This document shows, one piece after another, positions 9,485 to 18,799 of a stretch of DNA of 64,000 nucleotides. Position 1 is the first letter of the stretch. Every line of letters starts with the position of its first letter. Both the position numbers and the translations under genes were made by a program. Source of the stretch: Bacteroidetes bacterium GWF2_35_48 (GTDB lineage: Bacteria; Bacteroidota; Bacteroidia; Bacteroidales; GWF2-35-48); assembly GCA_001769125.1 (NCBI GenBank), contig MEOG01000020.1, forward strand, positions 1,387-65,386, given 5' to 3'. The notes under the pieces are model-generated. The model did not search any database. It saw only the letters and a list, made by a program, of their open reading frames with translations, and was not told where the DNA came from.

Positions 9485-9676
9485 TGCTACTTCGTATTCA
9501 AATTTTGCAGGATTTCCTGTTTGCTTTGAAGCATTAAGAATTTCAATGCCAACAATAGAACCGTTTTCAGCATAGTCAATTATAATTCCCGGTTTGTCTT
9601 CACTGCTATCATGGATTTCTGATTCACTAAATCGGATATACAATACATCAACTTCTTTGTCATACTTTATTTTCAT
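9482..9676 (-). CDS. DUF2283-family small protein (putative antitoxin)
   Basis: MKIKYDKEVDVLYIRF...GIIIDYAENGSIVGIEILNAS is the typical DUF2283 pattern. Confidence 0.85.
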   Translation of the reverse strand: MKIKYDKEVDVLYIRFSESEIHDSSEDKPGIIIDYAENGSIVGIEILNASKQTGNPAKFEYEVA

Positions 9677-9776
9677 AGTATTTTTCGATTTTTGACGTTT
9701 TATAAACTGTAATTATTTTTTTTATCTCTGTATTCACAAAAACCCTTATTAAATATTTTAGTTCTTGTGTTTCTAC
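9660..9776 (-). pseudogene. C-terminal remnant of a DUF4258-like (putative toxin) gene
   Basis: The minus strand reads VETQELKYLIRVFVNTEIKKIITVYKTSKIEKYYENKV* and overlaps the DUF2283 start. There is no start codon, and the 5' end stops at the REP. Confidence 0.6.
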
Positions 9777-9894
9777 CGGTATTGTAGAATCGCTCCATGG
9801 AGCGATTTTACATTACCGTAGTGTATTTCTAACATCAATTAATTTCGCCAGTATGCTGACCGCAATCTCCTGTGGTGTTTCAGCTGCAAATTTA
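9777..9894. repeat. Direct repeat copy B: REP palindrome (9778-9817) overlapping the xdhC stop codon, plus the functional xdhC 3' end
   Basis: GGTATTGTAGAATCGCTCCATGGAGCGATTTTACATTACC is identical to 9368-9407. Confidence 0.9.
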
Positions 9895-10577
9895 ATCCCA
9901 ATGGGCATATCAATTTTTTCAATTTCTTCGGGTGTCAAAATTTTTTCATCATTCAGCATTTTTTTTACTTCTGCTACTTTGCGCTTACTGCCAATCATCC
10001 CAAGATAGGCATGCTCTTTTTTACATGCTAATTTTAATATATCAAAATCGTGCATGTGGTTATAGGTAACAATTACTATAAACGTTTTTCTGTCAAATTT
10101 TATATTGTCAAGAATTTCTTTGTAATCTTTGTTGATACAAGCACATTTAATTTCAGAAAAATCATTAAATACATCAATTCTCTCATCTATGACGGTAACA
10201 TCAAATCCCAACTCAACACTAAACTTTGCGAGGGCTTTTCCAATATGACCTGCTCCAAATATATGCAAAGGAATTTTTCGGGAAACAGGCTCAATATAAA
10301 CTTCCATATTGCCACCGCACTCCATGGCAAGATCTTTTTTTAGGTCGTACTTCAGCAAAACAGGAGCTTTGGACAATATTACTTTTTGGGCTTCTTCAAT
10401 AACTGTTTTTTCTATTGTTCCTCCACCAACCGTTCCGATTATTGTTCCGGTTTCTGTTACGATCATTTTGGAACTGCTTTTACGCGGAGAGGAACCAAAT
10501 GTTTCCACAACAATACAGAAAGCTGCATTGATATTATCATTCTCCAGATCTGCCAGATGTTGAAATATTGATTTCAT
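9813..10577 (-). CDS. xdhC: Xanthine dehydrogenase accessory (Moco insertion) protein
   Basis: Motifs GSSPR...GTVGGG, CGGNMEVYIE, IFGAGHIG, YLGMIGS and PIG...TPQEIAVSI. Start re-assigned to ATG 10577 (MKSIFQHL). Confidence 0.9.
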   Translation of the reverse strand: MKSIFQHLADLENDNINAAFCIVVETFGSSPRKSSSKMIVTETGTIIGTVGGGTIEKTVIEEAQKVILSKAPVLLKYDLKKDLAMECGGNMEVYIEPVSRKIPLHIFGAGHIGKALAKFSVELGFDVTVIDERIDVFNDFSEIKCACINKDYKEILDNIKFDRKTFIVIVTYNHMHDFDILKLACKKEHAYLGMIGSKRKVAEVKKMLNDEKILTPEEIEKIDMPIGIKFAAETPQEIAVSILAKLIDVRNTLR

Positions 10578-10726
10578 TTTTATGAATTTTGTTGCAATCA
10601 CAAATATATTATTTTTTTGTTTAACCGATATGATTTTTATCGCATTGTTTCTAATCTTTGCTGCAATTATTTCTTTATAAATAAATTTTTTCTTTACTTG
10701 CATTGATTTTTATAAAACCTTAAAAA

Positions 10727-12832
10727 ATGAGAAAAATTAATTTTTTTTTAATTCTATGTGCAATGATTGGATTTTCGTGTTCCAATAATGAAACCAAGGA
10801 TGTTGCGGTTACCGGAAATCCTTTAATTGACAAACAGGACAACCCTTTTGGGGTGGCTTCTTTTGAAAAGATTAAACCTGAGCACTATCTGCCTGCTTTT
10901 GAAGAAGGAATGAAGCGACAAAATGATGAGATTAATTCTATTATCAACAATAGTGAAATACCAGATTTTAAAAATACTGTTGAGGCATTATTTAACAGTG
11001 ATGAACTTTTATATAATGTAAGTTTGGTATTTGATAATGCAACTTCTGCCAATACGAGCTCTGCATTAGATTCTATTTCAGAAGTCATTAGTCCTCGCCT
11101 TGCTAGACATCGGGATGAAATATCCATGAATCCAAAATTGTTTGAAAAAATTAAAGCTGTATATGAAAACAAAGCATCTTTTTCTTTAAATGCAGAACAA
11201 ACATTTTTGATGGATAACATATATAAAAGTTTTGTCAGAAACGGCGCACTGCTTGCTCCTGAAAAACAAGCAGAACTTAAAAAAATAAATGAAGAACTTT
11301 CAGGTCTGTCAGTTAAATTTGGTCAAAATCTTTTAGCTGAAACTAATGCATTTAAAATGTTTGTAGATAAAAAAGAAGATCTGGCAGGGCTTCCTGAAGA
11401 TGTTATCTCCGGTGCTGCAGAAGCTGCTGAAAAAGATGGAAAAACAGGACAATGGATGTTTACCACTCACAAACCAAGCATGCTCCCTTTTCTTCAGTAT
11501 GCAAAAAACAGAAGTCTGCGTGAAAAAATTCTTACAGCATACATGATGCGCGGAAATAATGGAAATTCAAACGATAATAACAAGGTACTTGCAAAAATGG
11601 TTACCTTAAGGTATCAGAAAGCAGCCTTACTTGGATACAAAAATTATGCTGCATATAAGCTTGAAACCCGTATGGCGAAATCACCTGAGAATGCATTTGA
11701 GCTTTTAAATAAATTATGGGAGAAATCAATTGCTGTTGCGAAAAAAGATGCAGTTTCTCTTCAGAAATTATTGTCGCAGGATAGTCAGAAAAATACACTG
11801 GCAGCTTGGGATTGGTCGTATTATTCAGAAAAACTCCGCAAAGAAAAATACAATCTTGAAGAAAGCGAAGTGCGTCCCTATTTTAAATTAGAAGATGTTA
11901 CTACCGGAATATTTATGGTTGCAGAAAAACTGTACGGATTAACATTTACAAAAATAGATAATATTTCGTTGCCACATCCTGATGCAATTGCTTATGAAGT
12001 TAAAGAAGCGGATGGAAAGCATCTTGGCGTTTTTTATCTTGACTTTTTTCCACGCGACAGCAAAAGAGGCGGTGCCTGGTGTACAGAATACCGTGGACAT
12101 CATATCAAAGAGGGCAAAGAAATAACACCTATTACTTCTGTTGTTTGTAATTTCACAAAGCCCACAAAAGATACTCCATCGCTTTTAAGTATGGATGAAA
12201 CGGAAACATTGTTTCATGAGTTTGGTCATGCGCTAGAAAGTCTTATGTCTAAAGTTTCTTACAGAACAACTTTTGTTGCAACAGATTTTGTTGAGCTTCC
12301 CAGTCAGGTAATGGAACATTGGGCGTTTCATAAAGATGTTCTTAAATTGTATGCCAAACATTATAAAACGGGAGAGGTAATACCCGATGTCCTTGTACAA
12401 AAAATTAACAACAGTTCACTTTTTAATCAGGGATTTGGAACTACAGAATACCTTGGGGCATCTCTTCTGGATTTGGAATATCATTCAATTGAAAATAGCA
12501 ATGATGTTGATGTGCAGAAATTCGAAAAAGAATTCCTGATAAAAATTGGTCTGATTCCTGAAATTCCGCCACGTTACAGAAGCACTTATTTTTCCCACAT
12601 CACAGGAGGTTACGATGCAGGATATTATAGCTATATCTGGTCTGCAGTACTTGACAATGATGCATTCGATGCGTTTGAAGAAAAAGGTGTTTTTGATAAG
12701 TCGGTTGCAGAAAAATTCAGAAAAAATATTCTTGAAAAGGACGGTATTGAAGATCCTGTAAACATGTATGTGAATTTCAGAGGGAAAGAGGCTGGTATTG
12801 AACCATTATTGAAAAACAGAGGATTGTTGTAA
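10727..12832 (+). CDS. dcp: M3-family peptidyl-dipeptidase (lipoprotein)
   Basis: Zinc motif FHEFGH, plus KRGGAW, DFVELPSQ and GYYSYIWS. N-terminal lipobox IGFSC. Confidence 0.9.
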   Translation: MRKINFFLILCAMIGFSCSNNETKDVAVTGNPLIDKQDNPFGVASFEKIKPEHYLPAFEEGMKRQNDEINSIINNSEIPDFKNTVEALFNSDELLYNVSLVFDNATSANTSSALDSISEVISPRLARHRDEISMNPKLFEKIKAVYENKASFSLNAEQTFLMDNIYKSFVRNGALLAPEKQAELKKINEELSGLSVKFGQNLLAETNAFKMFVDKKEDLAGLPEDVISGAAEAAEKDGKTGQWMFTTHKPSMLPFLQYAKNRSLREKILTAYMMRGNNGNSNDNNKVLAKMVTLRYQKAALLGYKNYAAYKLETRMAKSPENAFELLNKLWEKSIAVAKKDAVSLQKLLSQDSQKNTLAAWDWSYYSEKLRKEKYNLEESEVRPYFKLEDVTTGIFMVAEKLYGLTFTKIDNISLPHPDAIAYEVKEADGKHLGVFYLDFFPRDSKRGGAWCTEYRGHHIKEGKEITPITSVVCNFTKPTKDTPSLLSMDETETLFHEFGHALESLMSKVSYRTTFVATDFVELPSQVMEHWAFHKDVLKLYAKHYKTGEVIPDVLVQKINNSSLFNQGFGTTEYLGASLLDLEYHSIENSNDVDVQKFEKEFLIKIGLIPEIPPRYRSTYFSHITGGYDAGYYSYIWSAVLDNDAFDAFEEKGVFDKSVAEKFRKNILEKDGIEDPVNMYVNFRGKEAGIEPLLKNRGLL

Positions 12833-12870
12833 AAATGAAAATTAACTGAATTTATAAATCTTATACTTTA

Positions 12871-12946
12871 TGTTGCAGGTTGCAGGTTGCAGGTTGGCTT
12901 CGACTTCGCTCAACCACCCTGAACAGGAAACTTGCAACTTGCAACA
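12871..12946. repeat. Inverted heptamer arrays (GTTGCAG)n / (AACTTGC)n with a central micro-element
   Basis: TGTTGCAGGTTGCAGGTTGCAGGTT, then GGCTTCGACTTCGCTCAACC (12896-12915), then AACTTGCAACTTGCAACA. Confidence 0.75.
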
Positions 12947-12988
12947 ACTATAAAAAAAATAAATCACTTTATAAAAAAATAAATAAAC

Positions 12989-14038
12989 ATGCCCAAAACA
13001 ATATTAATAACAGGTGGAGCTGGCTTTATTGGCTCACATGTAGTACGGCTTTTTGTAACAAAATATCCAGAATATAAAATTGTAGTTCTCGATAAACTTA
13101 CGTATGCCGGAAATCTTGAAAATTTAAGGGATATAGATAAATCGCCCAATTATGAGTTTGTAAAAATGGATATTTGCGATCAAGATGTTTTTGAATTATT
13201 TCAAAAATATAAATTTGACGGAGTAATTCATCTGGCAGCAGAGTCGCATGTTGACCGCTCTATTACGGATCCCATGGCTTTTGTTCAGACAAATGTAATT
13301 GGAACATGCAATTTGTTGAATGCAGCAAAAGAAAGCTGGAAAGATGCTTTTGAGGGAAAATTATTCTATCATATTTCAACCGATGAAGTATATGGCTCAC
13401 TTGAGCATGAAGGTTTTTTTGTTGAAGAAACATCATACGATCCGAAAAGCCCATATTCTGCATCAAAAGCAAGCTCTGATCATTTTGTGCGCGCATATCA
13501 CAACACATATAAAATGCCGGTGGTTATTACGAATTGCTCCAATAATTATGGACCCAATCAATTTCCTGAAAAATTAATTCCACTGTGCATTCATAATATT
13601 AAAAACAACAAACCAATTCCTGTTTATGGAAAAGGTGAAAACATACGCGACTGGCTGTACGTGGTAGATCATGCACATGCAATTGATGTTGTTTTTCATA
13701 AAGGAAAAGTGGGAGAAACTTATAATATTGGTGGAAATAATGAGTGGACGAATATCAGTCTGATACATAAACTTTGTGAAGTAATGGATGTTCAGCTTGG
13801 CAGAGCAGCAGGAGATTCTGCCAAATTAATTACGTTTGTAAAAGATCGTGCCGGTCATGATTTGCGTTATGCTATTGACAGCTCAAAACTGCAGAAGGAA
13901 TTGGGATGGGAGCCTTCGCTGCAATTCGAACAGGGCATTGTAAAAACAGTAGAATGGTATCTGACAAACGAAGAGTGGCTGAACAATGTGGTTTCTGGTA
14001 ATTATACAAAGTATTATGATGAGATGTACGGGAAATAG
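12989..14038 (+). CDS. rfbB: dTDP-glucose 4,6-dehydratase
   Basis: Motifs TGGAGFIGS, DKLTYAGN, HLAAESHVDRSI, HISTDEVYG, YSASK and DRAGHDLRYA. Confidence 0.97.
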   Translation: MPKTILITGGAGFIGSHVVRLFVTKYPEYKIVVLDKLTYAGNLENLRDIDKSPNYEFVKMDICDQDVFELFQKYKFDGVIHLAAESHVDRSITDPMAFVQTNVIGTCNLLNAAKESWKDAFEGKLFYHISTDEVYGSLEHEGFFVEETSYDPKSPYSASKASSDHFVRAYHNTYKMPVVITNCSNNYGPNQFPEKLIPLCIHNIKNNKPIPVYGKGENIRDWLYVVDHAHAIDVVFHKGKVGETYNIGGNNEWTNISLIHKLCEVMDVQLGRAAGDSAKLITFVKDRAGHDLRYAIDSSKLQKELGWEPSLQFEQGIVKTVEWYLTNEEWLNNVVSGNYTKYYDEMYGK

Positions 14039-14160
14039 GGGAATTAAGAATTAAGAATTGGGAATTGGGAATTGATGGACAATAGAAATACAATAGAAAT
14101 ACAATAGAAATACAATAGAAATACAATAGAAATACAATAGAAATACAATAGAAATACAAT
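14039..14160 (+). repeat. Heptamer run (GAATTAA/GAATTGG) followed by an 11-bp tandem repeat (ACAATAGAAAT) x7 plus a partial unit
   Basis: Perfect 11-mers occupy 14079-14155. Confidence 0.95.
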
Positions 14161-14263
14161 TGAACATCTATTGTTGCTCTATTGACCATCTTTTGAATTT
14201 CAATCGTAACCCTATTATACGCCTAATGAATGATAAAATTTAACTGAAACATTAAAAAACCAA

Positions 14264-15010
14264 ATGGGAATTTTTAATAAAATATTCGGAGAAAAGCAGT
14301 GCAGGATTCCTGCTGATTTATCCGTTTTAGAAACAGATTTGCATTCCCATTTAATACCCGGCATAGATGATGGAGCAAAAACTTTGGATGATGCGCTTGT
14401 ACTGGTTCGAGAGCTTCATGAATTAGGTTATAAAAAGCTTATTACTACTCCTCATGTAATGAGTGATTATTATCAAAATTCGCCTGAAACAATTTTATCG
14501 GGTCTGGAAAAACTCAAAGAAGGAGTCATAGCCGCAAATATTCCTGTTACAATAGAAGCTGCGGCAGAGTATTATATTGACGAACATTTTGCTTCCAAAA
14601 TTGAAAAAAAAGAATTACTCACTTTTGCCGGAAATCATGTTTTAATTGAATTGCCATTTTTTAATGAGCCGAAAAATCTTAATACAGAAATTTTCAATCT
14701 TACTATATCTGGATATAAAGTTGTATTAGCACATGTTGAGCGTTACACATACTGGTTTCATGATTTTGAAAACTATGAAAAGTTAAAAGACAGAGAAGTT
14801 TTTTTTCAGTTAAACCTTACATCTCTTTACGAAGATGGGAAAAGTCATATACGCAAGATATGTGAAAAATTGATTGATGCAGGCATGATTAATTTTCTTG
14901 GCAGCGATGCGCATAATCCTGAGCATATAGAAAAAATTAAAAAGGTATTATCAAATAAACACCTGAAAATACTAATAGATTCAGGTAAGCTGTTGAATAA
15001 AAATTTGTGA
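14264..15010 (+). CDS. CpsB/CapC-type PHP protein-tyrosine phosphatase
   Basis: Motifs DLHSHLIPGIDDG, TTPH, LAHVERY and LGSDAH. Confidence 0.9.
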   Translation: MGIFNKIFGEKQCRIPADLSVLETDLHSHLIPGIDDGAKTLDDALVLVRELHELGYKKLITTPHVMSDYYQNSPETILSGLEKLKEGVIAANIPVTIEAAAEYYIDEHFASKIEKKELLTFAGNHVLIELPFFNEPKNLNTEIFNLTISGYKVVLAHVERYTYWFHDFENYEKLKDREVFFQLNLTSLYEDGKSHIRKICEKLIDAGMINFLGSDAHNPEHIEKIKKVLSNKHLKILIDSGKLLNKNL

Positions 15011-15035
15011 TTTTTTTTGTGGATAATAAATAATT

Positions 15036-15494
15036 ATGTTGCGTGCTATATTACTGATTTCTGTATTTCTTTTTTTCTTTCCTTTTTTCTCATCGGCAGA
15101 AGTTTTATTTTCAGCCTGCCAGGAAAAAACAATTGTAATTGTTGTTGAAAATTCAGCAGAAGCAGATTATTTTTTAACTTATCAGGATAATATTAAAGCC
15201 GGAAAAAAAAAGTATTTTAAAATCGGGAAAAAAATATTCAGAAACCCATTTTATAAGGAAAACACAGCGAACGGAAAACAAAAATTTGCCACAATTGTTA
15301 TTATTTTACTGACCGGGCCTCTTGGCGGGCATCGCTTGTATCTTGGAACAAAACCGGTAGTCCCTGTAATTTATGCGGTAACACTTGGTGGAGGAATCGG
15401 TATACTCCCCATTATTGATCTTTTTGCAATTGCATTTACAAAAGATATTTCACGATATGTAGATAATGAAAGAGTGATAATGTGGTTGAAATAA
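15036..15494 (+). CDS. TM2-domain membrane protein
   Basis: Motif LTGPLGGHRLYLG...TLGGGIGILPIIDL. Confidence 0.75.
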   Translation: MLRAILLISVFLFFFPFFSSAEVLFSACQEKTIVIVVENSAEADYFLTYQDNIKAGKKKYFKIGKKIFRNPFYKENTANGKQKFATIVIILLTGPLGGHRLYLGTKPVVPVIYAVTLGGGIGILPIIDLFAIAFTKDISRYVDNERVIMWLK

Positions 15495-15573
15495 AAACCT
15501 GCATATCTTTCAACAAAATTTTGCATATAAAAAAAAAGTTGTATTTTAGTCAGAAACTCATATTCTCATAATA

Positions 15574-16275
15574 ATGCTGACATTGAAAAAAGATATTATC
15601 ATTGCTATAGATGGCTATTCCTCATGTGGTAAGAGTACACTTGCAAAATCTCTCGCAGGTATTCTGAAATACACATATATTGACAGTGGCGCTATGTACC
15701 GTGCTGTTACGCTTTACGGACTGCGCAACAATTATGTAAGAACCGGTTTTGTAGATACAGACAAAATGATTCAGAATATTTCAAATGTGAAAATTGAATT
15801 CCGGCTGAATGAAGAAACACTCAGAAATGAGTTGTGGCTAAATGGCGAAAATGTTGAAGACGAAATCCGGGGAATGGAAGTTGCCAATAACGTAAGCCCT
15901 GTAAGTACTATTGCAGAAGTTCGTAAGCGCATGGTTTTTTTACAGCAGGAAATGGGTAAAAACAAAAGTATTGTGATGGATGGTCGTGACATTGGAACGG
16001 TTGTGTTTCCTGAAGCAGAACTGAAATTTTTTGTAACAGCAGACGTTGACGTCCGGGCGCAGAGGCGTTATAAAGAATTTAAAGAAAAAAATATTCCTAT
16101 AACAATCGAAGAAATAAAAGAGAACATCGGTCAACGAGACCACATTGACGCGACCCGCAAAGAAAGCCCCCTGCGTCGGGCAGAAGATGCCGTAATTCTT
16201 GACAACAGTAATCTTTCCCGGGAAGGGCAATTGGAATGGGCGATAAACTATATAAAAGAGCATTTTAGTTCATGA
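15574..16275 (+). CDS. cmk: (d)CMP kinase
   Basis: Motifs IAIDGYSSCGKST, DSGAMYR and MDGRDIGTVVFP. Confidence 0.96.
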   Translation: MLTLKKDIIIAIDGYSSCGKSTLAKSLAGILKYTYIDSGAMYRAVTLYGLRNNYVRTGFVDTDKMIQNISNVKIEFRLNEETLRNELWLNGENVEDEIRGMEVANNVSPVSTIAEVRKRMVFLQQEMGKNKSIVMDGRDIGTVVFPEAELKFFVTADVDVRAQRRYKEFKEKNIPITIEEIKENIGQRDHIDATRKESPLRRAEDAVILDNSNLSREGQLEWAINYIKEHFSS

Positions 16276-17141
16276 ACATAGAAATTGACCCCGGCTCTGG
16301 TTTTTGCTTTGGTGTTGTGTATGCAATTCAACGCGCAGAAGAAGAACTAAAAAAACACAAAACACTGTATTGTCTTGGCGATATTGTTCACAATAATGTG
16401 GAGGTAAATCGTCTTAAAGAGCTTGGTCTTGTTACTATTGAACACAGCCAGCTAAAAAATCTTCACAATTGCAAAGTATTAATACGTGCTCACGGAGAGC
16501 CGCCCGAAACGTACCAGATTGCTTTTCAAAATAATATTGAACTTATTGATGCATCCTGCCCGGTTGTGCTTCGCTTACAAAATAAAATTAAAAACGGGTT
16601 TGACCGGATGAAGGAAGTGAACGGACAGATTGTGATATACGGGAAAGAAGGTCATGCCGAAGTCAACGGATTAGTCGGGCAAACAAAAGAAGAAGCCATT
16701 GTAGTCAACAAAATTTCAGACCTTGATAAAATTGATTTTACACGCCCTGTTATTTTATATTCTCAGACAACGCAAAGTACAAGCGGTTTTCAGGCAATTC
16801 AGCAAGAAATTGAAAAAAGACTTGCCAGTATGAATGTAAATTTTTCATTTGTTGCAAACGACACGATTTGTCATCAGGTTTCAACACGCGGGCCACAACT
16901 CATGGAGTTTTCAAAAACACACGATATTATTATTTTTGTAAGCGGAAAAAAAAGCTCGAATGGTAAAATGCTTTACGAAGTATGTAAAAAAGAAAATCCG
17001 AACACCTATTTTGTTTCAGACGTTGACGATCTTGATTTTTTCTGGTTTTCTGAAAATAAATCGGTGGGTATTTGCGGTGCTACATCAACACCTCGCTGGC
17101 TGATGGAAAAAATTTGTAATGAGATAAAAAACAGAAAGTGA
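16272..17141 (+). CDS. ispH: 4-hydroxy-3-methylbut-2-enyl diphosphate reductase
   Basis: Motifs GFCFGV, IVHN, RAHG, DASCPVV, SQTT, DTIC, SSN and GATSTP. Confidence 0.96.
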   Translation: MNIEIDPGSGFCFGVVYAIQRAEEELKKHKTLYCLGDIVHNNVEVNRLKELGLVTIEHSQLKNLHNCKVLIRAHGEPPETYQIAFQNNIELIDASCPVVLRLQNKIKNGFDRMKEVNGQIVIYGKEGHAEVNGLVGQTKEEAIVVNKISDLDKIDFTRPVILYSQTTQSTSGFQAIQQEIEKRLASMNVNFSFVANDTICHQVSTRGPQLMEFSKTHDIIIFVSGKKSSNGKMLYEVCKKENPNTYFVSDVDDLDFFWFSENKSVGICGATSTPRWLMEKICNEIKNRK

Positions 17142-17294
17142 TTTTTTGTGGATTTTTTTACTTTCAGCCTGTCCTCCTTAAAAGAAACAGTATGTTTTTT
17201 GGGATAATTTGGTGGCGAAGAAAATACTTTCAGAGTGGGACTCAACAATAAAAAAAAATTAATACTTTTGAGGTAAATATTAAATTAATAGAAT

Positions 17295-18521
17295 ATGATC
17301 AAACAAAAAACCGTAGTTATACTATGCGCTGGTGGTCCTGCACCCGGCATCAACACTGTTATTGCAACTGTTTCAAAAAGGTTTATTTCGGGAGGATACA
17401 GAATATTGGGATTAAATTATGGATACAAAACTATTTTCATGTCAAATCCCGATTTTATTGAAATCAATTATGATCTGGCAGACCGTATTTTTGATAAAGG
17501 CGGATCGTATCTGAAAATGAGCAGGCATAAACCCAAAAAAGAAGAATTTAATGTAGATTTTTTCGTTAAAGAAAACATTGTACTTCTTGTAACAATAGGG
17601 GGCGACGACACTGCATCCTCTGCAAACAGAATTAGCCAGTATCTTGCAGAAAACAATCATAAAATACAGAACATTCATGTTCCGAAAACCATAGACAACG
17701 ACCTTCCGTTGCCAGACAATATTCCTACATTCGGATACCATACTGCAAAGAATGAAGGAGTGCGTATATGCAAAACCATATTGGAAGATGCGCGCACCAG
17801 CGATGGTTGGTTTGTCATTTCTGCCATGGGTCGTGAAGCAGGACATCTGGCTCTGGGTATTGGTTTGGCTTGTCATTACCCGATGATTATTATTCCTGAA
17901 ATGTTTTATAAGGTTTCTGTTACTTTTGACAGAATTTTAAAAATGATTATCTCTTCAATGGTAAAGAGGGAACTGATGGGATTAAAATACGGTGCTGCCA
18001 TTGTTTCAGAAGGTGTTTTTCATTATTTTGATGAAGAAGAAATTATGAATTGCGGCATTGTTTTCACGTATGATGACCATGGACACCCAGAACTGGGGAA
18101 TGTAAGTAAAGCACATATTTTTAATGTACTGTTGCAAACCGAACTAAAAAATCTGAATTTAAAATTCCGCAGCAGACCCGAAGAAGTAGGCTATGAGCTG
18201 CGTTGCGTGTCTCCTATCGCATATGATTTAAAATATTGCACGAATCTTGGCAATGGAGTAAAAGTACTTTTTGACCGTGGAGAAACTCAATGTATCGTTG
18301 TTTCTACAGCAAATGATGAAGTTCTTCCTTTATACATGAAAGACATTTCCAATGAGCAGGGCATTATCAAACCACGTCTTGTTAATGTGCAGTCAGAGCG
18401 CTTTCTCGTTACATTGGGAAGTTTTGAATATATCACGGAAAGAGACTATGCTGCCGCGAAAAAATATTTTGCAAACCCTGAGGAATACGATTTGAAGAAT
18501 ATTTTGAAAATTGAGATTTAG
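17295..18521 (+). CDS. 6-phosphofructokinase, PPi-dependent signature
   Basis: Motifs GGPAPGIN, IGGDDT, PKTIDND and MGREAGHL. GGDD plus PKTIDND indicate PPi use. Confidence 0.85.
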   Translation: MIKQKTVVILCAGGPAPGINTVIATVSKRFISGGYRILGLNYGYKTIFMSNPDFIEINYDLADRIFDKGGSYLKMSRHKPKKEEFNVDFFVKENIVLLVTIGGDDTASSANRISQYLAENNHKIQNIHVPKTIDNDLPLPDNIPTFGYHTAKNEGVRICKTILEDARTSDGWFVISAMGREAGHLALGIGLACHYPMIIIPEMFYKVSVTFDRILKMIISSMVKRELMGLKYGAAIVSEGVFHYFDEEEIMNCGIVFTYDDHGHPELGNVSKAHIFNVLLQTELKNLNLKFRSRPEEVGYELRCVSPIAYDLKYCTNLGNGVKVLFDRGETQCIVVSTANDEVLPLYMKDISNEQGIIKPRLVNVQSERFLVTLGSFEYITERDYAAAKKYFANPEEYDLKNILKIEI

Positions 18522-18771
18522 ATTTAATCGGATTTTTTGACACGAATTCTCACAAATTATTTTATTAGGGTGCTATTTGAACGCAGACCTTGTCTGTCGA
18601 AAGTCAAGATGACGCAGATGCAGCAGTTATGGTTGTAGCAACGGTCACGCAAAACGTGATCTTAGAAATTAACCATTGAAATTTATATTTTAATTTTGGT
18701 CTAAAATATAAATACAATTGGTATAATTTGCTACTGATTCCGCTGTGTTCAAAAGATTTCAAGATTTTTGG

Positions 18772-18779
18772 TATATTTG
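18772..18779 (+). promoter_or_regulatory. Bacteroidota -7 promoter box upstream of the fic gene
   Basis: TATATTTG (TAnnTTTG) about 20 nt before the ATG. Confidence 0.55.
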
Positions 18780-18799
18780 CAGATAGATAATAATAATTT

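Noticed and set aside
10578-10703. N-terminal extension of xdhC in the ORF track
   Set aside because: It is AT-rich divergent promoter DNA with a TTG start. The XdhC-like sequence begins at ATG 10577.
14079-14160. Possible CRISPR array
   Set aside because: The 11-bp units are contiguous with no unique spacers, and no cas genes are present. It is a VNTR.
13872-14189. Minus-strand 105-aa ORF with repeated YFYCISIVFLL
   Set aside because: It is an artefact of the 11-bp tandem repeat and is antisense to rfbB.
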